This document shows positions 21,123-30,030 of a stretch of DNA of 32,000 nucleotides, piece after piece. Position numbers and translations under genes: made by a program. Under the pieces are notes generated by a model. That model was not told the origin of the DNA. It saw only the letters and a program-made list of their open reading frames with translations, and did no database searches. Position 1 is the first letter of the stretch. Every line of letters begins with the position of its first letter. Source of the DNA: Methylorubrum extorquens (GTDB lineage Bacteria; Pseudomonadota; Alphaproteobacteria; Rhizobiales; Beijerinckiaceae); assembly GCA_900234795.1 (NCBI GenBank), contig LT962688.1, positions 840,001 to 872,000 on the forward strand. The letters run 5' to 3'.

Positions 21123-21311
21123 AGCATCGTCCCGAAAGGTGGTTGCCGGCTTTCGGAAAAAAGATGATGCAAAAGCAAGAGCCTCGAACACCGTCCCGGG
21201 TCAGGTATCCGGGACAGTGCTCGAGCGGCCGACCTCCGATGCAGGGCCCAGCGCCCGGCTGCCCTCCGCTCCGCCGACGGCCCTCAGCGCCGTAGGGATC
21301 GCCGCCCCCGC

Positions 21312-24300
21312 ATGACGCTCCGCACCCTTCACCGCGAGGCCCGCGCGCTCGGGGTCACGGCGGTGCTCGGCCCGACCAACACGGGCAAGACGCACATGGC
21401 CATCGAGCGGATGCTGCTGCATCCGACCGGCATGATCGGCCTGCCCCTCAGGCTCCTGGCCCGCGAGGTCTACCTGCGCGTGGTCGCCAAGGTCGGGTCC
21501 GAGAACGTCGCCCTGATCACCGGCGAGGAGAAGATCAAGCCGGACCGGCCGCGCTACTGGATCTGCACGATCGAGGCGATGCCACGCGACCTCGACGTCG
21601 CCTTCGTCGCGATCGACGAGATCCAGCTCGCCGCCGACATGGACCGCGGCCACGTCTTCACCGACCGCCTGCTCTACCGGCGGGGCCGCGAGGAGACGCT
21701 GCTGATCGGCTCCTCGACCATGCTGCCGCTGGTGCAGGCGCTGATCCCCGGCGTGCAGACGACGACGCGCCCGCGTCTCTCGAGCCTGACCTTCGCGGGC
21801 GAAAAGAAGATCTCGCGGCTGCCGCACCGCACGGCGATCGTCGCCTTCTCGGCCGAAGAGGTCTACGCCATCGCCGAGTTGATCCGGCGCCAGCGCGGTG
21901 GCGCGGCGGTGGTGCTCGGCGCGCTCTCGCCCCGCACCCGCAACGCCCAGGTCGAACTCTATCAATCGGGCGACGTCGATTACCTCGTGGCCACCGACGC
22001 GGTCGGCATGGGGCTCAACCTCGATGTCGATCACGTGGCCTTCGCCGCGAACTGGAAATACGACGGCACCCGCTTCCGCAAGCTGTCCCCGGCCGAGATG
22101 GGCCAGATCGCCGGCCGCGCCGGCCGCCATATCGCCGACGGTACGTTCGGTTCGACGGGGCGCTGCCCGCCCTTCGAGCCGGAGATGGTCGAGGCGCTGG
22201 AGACGCACGATTTCGAACCCGTGCGCATGCTGCAATGGCGCAACCCGGACCTCGAATTCGCCTCGCTGGAACGGCTGCAAGCGAGCCTCGACGAGCATCC
22301 GCACGAGCAGGGCCTCACCCGTGCGCCGATGGGCGAGGACCAGCAGGCGTTTGAGATCCTGATGCGCGAGGACGACATCCGCGACATGGCCAAGGGCCCC
22401 GCGGCGGTGCGCCGCCTCTGGGATACCTGCGGCGTGCCGGACTATCGCAAGGTCCACCCGCAGACCCATGCCGACCTCGTGGCCCAGCTCTACCGCTTCC
22501 TGATGCGCGGCATGGCGGGACGCATCCCCAACGACTGGTTCGCCCGCCACGTGGCGATGATCGACCGCACCGACGGCGACATCGACGCCCTGTCCCAGCG
22601 CATCGCGCAAGGGCGGACCTGGACCTTCGTGGCGAACAGGCCTGACTGGTTGCTCGATCCTCTGCATTGGCAGGGCGAGACGCGTCGGGTAGAGGACAGA
22701 TTGTCCGACGCCCTGCACGAGCGCCTCGCGAGCCGCTTCGTCGATAGGCGCACCAGCGTCCTGATGCGGCGCTTGAGAGAGAAGACGATGCTGGAAGCCG
22801 AAATCACCTCCGGCGGTGACGTCACCGTCGAGGGTCAACATGTGGGCCGTCTTCACGGCTTCCAATTCGTGCCCGACCCGCAAGCCGAGGGCCACGAAGC
22901 CAAGACCCTGCGCTCTGCCGCCGACAAGGCGCTGGCCGGCGAGATCGAGGCGCGGGCCGACCGCTTCGCCTCGGCCGCCGACGCCTCGCTGGTGCTCTCG
23001 CATGACGGCATCATCCGCTGGACCGGCGATCCCGTTGCCAAGCTGACGCCGGGCGACAAGCTGTTCGAGCCCAGCATCCGCCTCATCGCCGACGATAGCC
23101 TGTCCGGCGCCGCGCGCGAGAAGGTCGAGACGCGACTGGCCGCATGGCTGCGCGCCCACGTCGTGCGCCTGCTCGGCCCGCTGATGGAGATCGAAACGGC
23201 GGCCGACCTCACCGGGCTCGCCCGCGGCATCGGCTACCAGGTGGTCGAGGCGCTCGGCGTGCTGGAGCGGGCCAAGGTGGCGCATGAGATGCGCACCCTC
23301 GATCAGGACGGGCGCGCGAATCTGCGCCGTCACGGCGTGCGCTTCGGCGCCTACCACATCTTCCTGCCCGCGCTGCTGAAGCCGGCCCCGCGCACGCTCG
23401 CCGCCCAGCTCTGGGCGCTGAAGAACGGCGGCCTCGACCAGCCCGGCCTCGACGAGATCGCGCATCTGGCCAGTTCCGGACGCACCTCGATCAAGGTCGA
23501 TCAGAACATCGCCAAGGGCCTTTACCGCGCCGCCGGCTTCCGGGTCTGCGGCGAGCGGGCGGTGCGCGTCGATATCTTGGAGCGGCTCGCCGACCTGATC
23601 CGCCCGGCCATTGCCTACCGCCCCGGCACGACCCCGGGCGAGCCGCCGGCCGGCACCGCGGACGGCGACGGCTTCGTGGCGACCGTGAACATGACCTCGC
23701 TCGTCGGCTGCTCGGGCGAGGATTTCGCCTCGATCCTGAAGTCGCTGGGCTACGTCGCGCAGAACCGTCCCGGCCCGGCCATCACGGTGCCCCTGGTCGC
23801 GGCGGCACCGACCGTCCCCGCCGCGCGCACCGCCGAGGCCGCATCGCAGGAGACGGCGGGCGAAGAGACAGCCAACGAGGCGACAGCCGACGAGGCGACG
23901 GCGACCGAGGCGACATCGGGCGAACAGACGTCAGCCGAGGAGACGGCTCAGGCCCCGTCGCAGGACGCGACCGACGTCGGTGCCACGGCCGAGCCGAGCG
24001 ACGAGACGACGGCTTCCGAGGCGACATCCGAGGCCGGGAGCGAAGCCGAGACGGCCGCCGCCGAAGCCGAGCCCGCCGCGGAAGAGGCGGCCGCCGCACC
24101 GGTCGAAGCCGCTGCCCCGGTCGAGGAATCGGCACCGGACGAGGCCGAGACGGCGGACGCCGCTCCCGAAGCCGCCGCGCCGATGCCGGCCGAGACCGCC
24201 GACGCCGCGCAGGCGGCTGCGGCGACCGGAGAGGTCGAGGCGGTGGACGCGGCCGATTCGGCAATTCCGGCCGATGAGCCCTCCACGGAGGCGGATGCTG

Positions 24301-24476
24301 CCGCCGCCGAGCCGCCTGCGCCCGAGACCGTAGAGGTCTGGCATCTGCACCGTCCGCAGCGTCACACCGGTCCGCGGCCCGGCCGCGGCCAGGGACGGCC
24401 GGAGGGGGCGCCAGGACGGAAGGCAAGAGGGCAGACAGGACGGCCGCCAGGATGGTCGCCAAGATGGTCGGCGTAA
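21312..24476 (+). CDS. Suv3-like ATP-dependent helicase (alphaproteobacterial helicase-related protein), as-read ORF; true C-terminus appears frameshifted
   Basis: Walker A is GPTNTGKTHMAIERM and the DExx box is VAIDEIQLAAD. The helicase C-terminal domain carries VATDAVGMGLNLDVDHVAF...QIAGRAGR. A long Ala/Glu/Thr acidic region follows. The last roughly 25 codons before stop 24476 look out of frame (see the 24334-24753 feature). Confidence 0.9.
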   Translation: MTLRTLHREARALGVTAVLGPTNTGKTHMAIERMLLHPTGMIGLPLRLLAREVYLRVVAKVGSENVALITGEEKIKPDRPRYWICTIEAMPRDLDVAFVAIDEIQLAADMDRGHVFTDRLLYRRGREETLLIGSSTMLPLVQALIPGVQTTTRPRLSSLTFAGEKKISRLPHRTAIVAFSAEEVYAIAELIRRQRGGAAVVLGALSPRTRNAQVELYQSGDVDYLVATDAVGMGLNLDVDHVAFAANWKYDGTRFRKLSPAEMGQIAGRAGRHIADGTFGSTGRCPPFEPEMVEALETHDFEPVRMLQWRNPDLEFASLERLQASLDEHPHEQGLTRAPMGEDQQAFEILMREDDIRDMAKGPAAVRRLWDTCGVPDYRKVHPQTHADLVAQLYRFLMRGMAGRIPNDWFARHVAMIDRTDGDIDALSQRIAQGRTWTFVANRPDWLLDPLHWQGETRRVEDRLSDALHERLASRFVDRRTSVLMRRLREKTMLEAEITSGGDVTVEGQHVGRLHGFQFVPDPQAEGHEAKTLRSAADKALAGEIEARADRFASAADASLVLSHDGIIRWTGDPVAKLTPGDKLFEPSIRLIADDSLSGAAREKVETRLAAWLRAHVVRLLGPLMEIETAADLTGLARGIGYQVVEALGVLERAKVAHEMRTLDQDGRANLRRHGVRFGAYHIFLPALLKPAPRTLAAQLWALKNGGLDQPGLDEIAHLASSGRTSIKVDQNIAKGLYRAAGFRVCGERAVRVDILERLADLIRPAIAYRPGTTPGEPPAGTADGDGFVATVNMTSLVGCSGEDFASILKSLGYVAQNRPGPAITVPLVAAAPTVPAARTAEAASQETAGEETANEATADEATATEATSGEQTSAEETAQAPSQDATDVGATAEPSDETTASEATSEAGSEAETAAAEAEPAAEEAAAAPVEAAAPVEESAPDEAETADAAPEAAAPMPAETADAAQAAAATGEVEAVDAADSAIPADEPSTEADAAAAEPPAPETVEVWHLHRPQRHTGPRPGRGQGRPEGAPGRKARGQTGRPPGWSPRWSA
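23847..23951 (+). repeat. seven tandem 15-nt (pentapeptide) repeats inside the helicase acidic linker
   Basis: In frame: QETAG EETAN EATAD EATAT EATSG EQTSA EETAQ. Confidence 0.8.
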
Positions 24477-24753
24477 CGACGGCCCGCGCCGTCCCCGCGA
24501 GGACCGTCCGGAGGGCGGACGTCCGGCCCGTGCCGATGGCAGGGGCGAGAGTCGCCGTGAGGGCCAGGGCGAGGGCGGCCCTCGCCGCGAGCATCAGGGC
24601 GGCCGCAACCGCCCCGACCGCCGCGACGAGAACCGCCGTCCGAACCCCGAGCAGCGCCCGCCCCGCCGCGAGCGCCAGCCCGATCCCGATTCGCCCTTCG
24701 CGGCGCTCGCCGCGCTGAAGGCGAAGCTCGAATCGGACGGGGGCAAGCGCTGA
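24334..24753 (+). pseudogene. displaced (+1 frame) basic C-terminal tail of the helicase
   Basis: The frame with position = 1 mod 3 is open from 24334 to TGA 24751-24753. It reads ...RQDGRQEGRQDGRQDGRQDGRRNDGPRRPREDRPEGGRPAR...RRERQPDPDSPFAALAALKAKLESDGGKR. Deleting one G from the G5 run 24404-24408 fuses it to the main ORF (…RPEG-RQDG…). Confidence 0.6.
24409..24468 (+). repeat. five tandem 12-nt repeats (R-Q-D/E-G) in the helicase tail frame
   Basis: cgc cag gac gga / agg caa gag ggc / aga cag gac ggc / cgc cag gat ggt / cgc caa gat ggt, read in the +1 tail frame. Confidence 0.7.
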
Positions 24754-24829
24754 CGCGTCCGCCCGACAAGCGGTTGCCGGCTTTCCGGAGAGCGGGCGCC
24801 ATGACGGCTCCGGCAATCGTGATCGCCGG

Positions 24830-25107
24830 ATGAGCGCGGGGCGCCAGCGCCTCGACAAATGGCTGTGGTTCGCGCGCTTCGCGCGGACCCGCTCTATGGC
24901 AGCCCGGCTGGTGAGCGACGGGCATGTCCGCGTGAACGGCACCCGTGCCGACGCGCCGGCCAAGGCCATCCATTGCGGCGACGTGCTCACCGTCGCCGCC
25001 CCCCCCACGGCACGATGCTGGTGCGGGTGCTCGATCTCGGCGAGCGCCGCGGTGGCGCCCCGGAGGCGCAGCGGCTCTACGAACCGGTCGGCGAAGCCAG
25101 CTCCTGA
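24830..25107 (+). pseudogene. RNA-binding S4 domain (Hsp15-like) protein, interrupted by a 1-nt frameshift in this sequence
   Basis: MSAGRQRLDKWLWFARFARTRSMAARLVSDGHVRVNG...GDVLTVAAPP runs in one frame up to the C8 run 24999-25006. HGTMLVRVLDLGERRGGAPEAQRLYEPVGEASS* continues in another frame to TGA 25105-25107. One extra C would give a 92-aa protein. Confidence 0.8.
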
Positions 25108-25229
25108 CGTCTCATTCGGCGCGATCCGCCCTGCCGGCAAACCTGCAGCTTGATCATCGTCGCACAAGCCTCTAATCGGTCCGCGCCTTTACGCCCGGCT
25201 TATGGCCGGTCCCGCGGTAGGATTGCACG

Positions 25230-26421
<1,192 letters not shown>

Positions 26422-26486
26422 TTCCTTTTCGGAATTGGGCGCACGGGTCTCACTCGTGCGCCCGCCTCAATTGGACGGGATGAAAA

Positions 26487-26516
26487 GGGCCGGCGCTGCG
26501 CGCCGGCCCTTTTTTA
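26487..26516 (+). terminator. rho-independent terminator of tuf
   Basis: GGGCCGGCGC (26487-26496), loop TGC, GCGCCGGCCC (26500-26509), then T6 (26510-26515). A second 9-bp hairpin, GGGCGCACG/CGTGCGCCC, lies at 26436-26462. Confidence 0.85.
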
Positions 26517-27175
26517 ATTGATGCCATGGGCTTCGGGCCGCCGGCGATGGCCACGGTGCCCTTAGAGGCCTGTTGATCGGCGGCACGGGTCATTCGAGCG
26601 TCGCGGCGACCACCGGAACGGGCCTTCTGCCGGGAGAGTCCGATCGCACAGGTGAAACAGCAGGGTGATCCGCAAGGAGCGCTTCAGCGCCATCGCGATT
26701 CCCGCATCGCACCTTTCAGGTGTCGGCGGCCCCGCCGTGGGCCTCTTGGAGGGACCAGCCGAACCGGGGCCTCCCGTATCCGAGCCCTCAGCTCGAGAAG
26801 GATCCGAAGCCTTCGAAATCGCTTGTGCGAGAAACGCGGTTGGCCGGCGAGACTTGCTGACCGTGGGGGGGCATGAAGTGTCGTGGTGATAGGTGCCGAT
26901 TTTGCCAGTCCAGCGTTGCTCATCGCAGGAGCGGTTCTACCGCTACGCTTCCACGTCGCAAGCATAGCCGTGCCGTTCGACTTGTTGACGTCGCGCATCG
27001 AGTTGCCTTGTTGGCGAGCGATTATTCAGGAAGTGCGCAGAGAACGCGCGCTCGATGCTCATGTTCCGGGCATGTGCGCGACGAACGCGGCGGCGGCGCG
27101 GTGGCCCGTTTTCAGGCGCGGCGGCGCGACGAAAGCTGCGATGTTCCATAGCGCGACATCGGCCCCGCCCAGCGC

Positions 27176-27469
27176 CTAACGGACGGGCTTGGGCAAGCTC
27201 CGCTTGGTGCGGTGGAATGTCGGTCCGTCGCGGTCGACCGGATCGCGCCCGGCGATGTGGTCGCGTTGCCACCCCGCACGGCCCGCGTCCGGTTCGCCCG
27301 CCGCGATGCGCGCCTGGAAGGTCGTGCGGCGACTGCGCCATTCCTCGTAGGCGACCTTTAGCGCGGGGTAGTCGTCGAAGCTTCTGATGCGCGGGCGGAT
27401 CCCGTCGAACGTTTCGTGCGGAACGGGCGCGATGAAGCAGAAGCGTTCGCCCTTCGCGAACCGCAACAT
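27176..27469 (-). CDS. hypothetical protein (97 aa)
   Basis: From ATG 27469: MLRFAKGERFCFIAPVPHETFDGIRPRIRSFDDYPALKVAYEEWRSRR... Third-position GC is high and the composition is protein-like. No clear RBS and no family recognised. The track ORF extends upstream to 27655 through an Arg/Pro/Ser-rich stretch that looks non-coding. Confidence 0.4.
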   Translation of the reverse strand: MLRFAKGERFCFIAPVPHETFDGIRPRIRSFDDYPALKVAYEEWRSRRTTFQARIAAGEPDAGRAGWQRDHIAGRDPVDRDGPTFHRTKRSLPKPVR

Positions 27470-27845
27470 GCCGGGCCGCGTGAAGCACCCGTTCAATCCC
27501 AAGAATCGATGCCGGCCGCGCCACACTCCTCGGACCGTTCCCGCAGTGGGACGAGATGAGCTGCGCCCGCGATGAGAGGACGCGCCGGCCGCAGGCGAAC
27601 GGGGCGAACGCAGCGGCCGGCGCGCTCGCGGCTGGGAGCCGGGGGGCTCGACCACCGCGATTCATGATGGTCCCGGTCAACGCTCGCCCGAACTGAGGGC
27701 TCCCGACGCCACCTGCGGCCTTTCGCAACGTCTCGGACAAGGCCGCGCGCGCCCGCGCCAGTCCGGTGATGTCCGTGGAACACCGGCCGGCGCTGCCGTC
27801 TTGCCCGTTCGGTATGGGCATTCCATCCGACAGAGGGCGGGCACG

Positions 27846-28334
27846 ATGCAGGACTATGGGACCTCGGCCGGGATCGGGTTCTTGGCCGGGTTGCGCACCA
27901 TGTCGGCCTGCGCCGCGCTGAGTTGGGCCGCCGCACACGGGCGGACCCGCAGCGCTGCGATCCCCGCCGGCCCCGTTGCACGGACTGTCGCCACGACGGC
28001 GGCGTTTGCCGAGATGGCCGGAGACAAGATGCCGTTCGCGCCCGACCGGCGCATTCCTCCCTCGTTCGCGGCCCGGCTCGCGATCGGCGCAGTCGGTGGT
28101 TGGATGTTCGCCGGGCGCCGCGCCTCGCCCGAGGCCGGGGCACTGGCCGGCGTCGCGGGCGCCGTCGCCGGCACGCTGCTCGGTCGCGCGGCGCGGGGCC
28201 CCGGCACGGGCGCACCCTTCGGCCTCGCGCGGGGGCTCGCCGAAGACCTGGTGGCCGCCGGTCTTGCCGCGGCTCTGGTCGCCTCCGCGGAACGCCAGCA
28301 TCGGGTTCGATCATCGCACCGTCGCTCGATCTGA
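27846..28334 (+). CDS. small Gly/Ala-rich membrane protein (DUF4126-like)
   Basis: ATG 27846 has GAGGG about 9 nt upstream. Four hydrophobic Gly/Ala-rich segments and a central AEMAGDKMPFAPDRRIP loop recall DUF4126 proteins. The assignment is from memory only. Confidence 0.5.
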   Translation: MQDYGTSAGIGFLAGLRTMSACAALSWAAAHGRTRSAAIPAGPVARTVATTAAFAEMAGDKMPFAPDRRIPPSFAARLAIGAVGGWMFAGRRASPEAGALAGVAGAVAGTLLGRAARGPGTGAPFGLARGLAEDLVAAGLAAALVASAERQHRVRSSHRRSI

Positions 28335-28408
28335 ACCCGAGATAGTCTGACTCACGGACGCAGGATAGCGCATGCGCCCCAAGGCCAGCCACGGGGCGTG
28401 CGCCATCA

Positions 28409-28561
28409 CCGGCGATGTTCGTGGAGGCCCACAGATACGGGCGCCGGCTCAGGTCCCTGCGCGGCCGGAAGCCCTATGAATTCATCTGCCGGACCTGGGC
28501 GAAACGGCCCAACCGGTTCAGGCTCGATCCGGCACACTCCATGCCGCGGCCGAACACTTAA
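28409..28561 (+). mobile_element. vestigial C-terminus of an rve-type DDE transposase (fragment only)
   Basis: Translation PAMFVEAHRYGRRLRSLRGRKPYEFICRTWAKRPNRFRLDPAHSMPRPNT* (stop 28559-28561) parallels the conserved ...F(V/L)xAYNFARRLKTLxGLTPYE(F/Y)ICKxWTxxPxRFxLNPxHQMPGLNT tail of a Rhizobiales IS transposase family. There is no upstream catalytic domain and no start codon. Confidence 0.45.
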
Positions 28562-28614
28562 TACCATTCTGCACCGCCCGGCTTCGCCGTATCGGTGCAT
28601 TCCTTACGCAAAAA

Positions 28615-29265
28615 CTATGTGAAGTATTTCAACAACTCTGTCCCCGCGAATCTGCTTCGGAGCTCATCGTAATTCACAATTGATTCGCGCTGAGAGCCTG
28701 TTCTCTGGCGATGGAACGGACTGGTTAGTTCAATCCTGGAAAGACCCAAGAAATCCAAGGCCGGCATATACCCCTGAGGGGAAATAAGCTCTTCGTAAGA
28801 CATACGCAGAACCGGGAAAACTTTAAGGGCTTGCTCCAACTCTTCATCTGCTTCGCAAGAAACCTTTACATAGCTTTCAAAATCGTCTGCATTGACGACA
28901 GTCGATGTGGTTTTATATTCTCCAAAATCCGATCTCCAAGAGCCATTTGATCCAGCCAAAATAAACGAAACAAGCTGATCCAGCTTGTTTTCACGCCTCA
29001 AAACTATAAATTTGTATCCATTTTCCTTGAAAAACGGCAATAAGTCTGGGTTGAACTGCAGGTTCGAAAGCGGTAGTTTGAATCCCGAGGACGCAGCGCC
29101 CGCACTATGCACGGTTCTGCGCAAGTACGGAGCAATCTCTTCAGATGGATCTTTTGATGAGATAATCTCACCGAGACATTGGGCATCAGGGTGCGAGTTC
29201 AGCAATCCTTCAAGGTAGCTCGACCCCTGTCTTCCCAAAAACCCAATTGCAAAAAGCGATGTCAC
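28615..29265 (-). CDS. NodH/Stf0-like PAPS-dependent sulfotransferase
   Basis: 216 aa. GTG 29265 has AGAGGA 9 nt upstream. LFAIGFLGRQGSSYLEGLLNSHPDA resembles the 5'-PSB loop region of NodH-type sulfotransferases, and KFIVLRRENKLDQLVS resembles the 3'-PB RxxN..D..S motif. The C-terminal HRQRTGSQRESIVNYDELRSRFAG resembles the NodH tail. The gene is visibly AT-rich: two 60-nt lines counted by hand gave 42% and 55% G+C. Confidence 0.75.
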   Translation of the reverse strand: MTSLFAIGFLGRQGSSYLEGLLNSHPDAQCLGEIISSKDPSEEIAPYLRRTVHSAGAASSGFKLPLSNLQFNPDLLPFFKENGYKFIVLRRENKLDQLVSFILAGSNGSWRSDFGEYKTTSTVVNADDFESYVKVSCEADEELEQALKVFPVLRMSYEELISPQGYMPALDFLGLSRIELTSPFHRQRTGSQRESIVNYDELRSRFAGTELLKYFT

Positions 29266-29592
29266 GTTTGGTCGTCCTCTTTACGTGATTTTGTAAAAAT
29301 TTAGACTTGGGGCAGTGTAGGCTCCAGAGACAATACGCCGGCAAACTAACGCGCTACTTCAAATAAGTTTTTATATCTGCCCCGTTCGACGTACATCAGT
29401 TACCTATGGCGTTCTAATTTTGCGGCGCTGGCCATGCCGTCGATCGACCCCACTCTCGTCCCGCATCTGTAGGCATTGAGCGGCCATGCTCCGCTTGGTC
29501 TAGACGCCGCACCCTGTGCACCGCGCCTAACCGAACGGGTCGGCTGCGGGTCAGCTTTGACGAGAGATCGGCCAGTGTCAGGATTGCGCGAT

Positions 29593-29694
29593 CTAGAAAA
29601 GAGCCATTGTGGCCTCGCCCTCGGCGATCCAGTTGACGACGGTCCGACTTCTCGTGCCGACCAATGCGCTAACTCTTGTGCAGCGCAGGAACAC
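29593..29694 (-). pseudogene. vestigial AlpA/excisionase-like HTH ORF (33 codons)
   Basis: VFLRCTRVSALVGTRSRTVVNWIAEGEATMALF* follows the hLRxxEVxxLxGxSRxTxYxxIxxGxFP pattern of AlpA-type regulators up to the recognition helix, then stops. It lies 62 nt from the tRNA-Gln 3' end. Confidence 0.3.
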
Positions 29695-29756
29695 TTTTTG
29701 TTCTAATGCGCCCAATATGTTGGAACCGCTTTAGCCTCGTCGGTACCTATCAAAGT

Positions 29757-29831
<75 letters not shown>

Positions 29832-29851
29832 TCGGCTTCAAGCCGCCGGAT

Positions 29852-29879
29852 TTCTAGACGGGCCGGGCGGGACTGGCAA
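29852..29879 (-). promoter_or_regulatory. candidate promoter of tRNA-Gln
   Basis: Minus strand TTGCCA (29879-29874), 16-nt spacer, CTAGAA (29857-29852). The -10 element ends 20 nt upstream of the mature tRNA 5' end. Confidence 0.3.
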
Positions 29880-30030
29880 CTGGGTTGGACGCCTCCGCCT
29901 CGCATCGGCGCGCGTTTGTGAGGGGATCGCTTGGGCTCCCGCGATTGGCCGAGCAGGCGCGGCGCCCCTGCACCGGATCGATGCGACCGCTTATTCTGAG
30001 GCTCGATGGCAGGAGCGGGACGGCAGAGGA

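Noticed and set aside
21201-23465. 754-aa ORF antisense to the helicase
   Set aside because: It is the same kind of artefact. The helicase frame carries Walker A, DExx and helicase-C motifs, and the antisense frame carries none.
26640-26900. Cobalamin or other riboswitch in the non-coding stretch after tuf (GGTGAAAC..., GTCAGCAAGTCTCGCCGGCC on the minus strand)
   Set aside because: No B12-box-like core or other conserved riboswitch core could be matched by eye, and no downstream gene is in a position to be regulated.
26943-28301. 452-aa minus-strand ORF covering most of the gene-poor interval
   Set aside because: The translation is dominated by Arg, Gly, Pro and Ala runs. It is antisense to the better-supported membrane-protein gene and out of frame with the 97-aa ORF. 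No start context or domain was seen.
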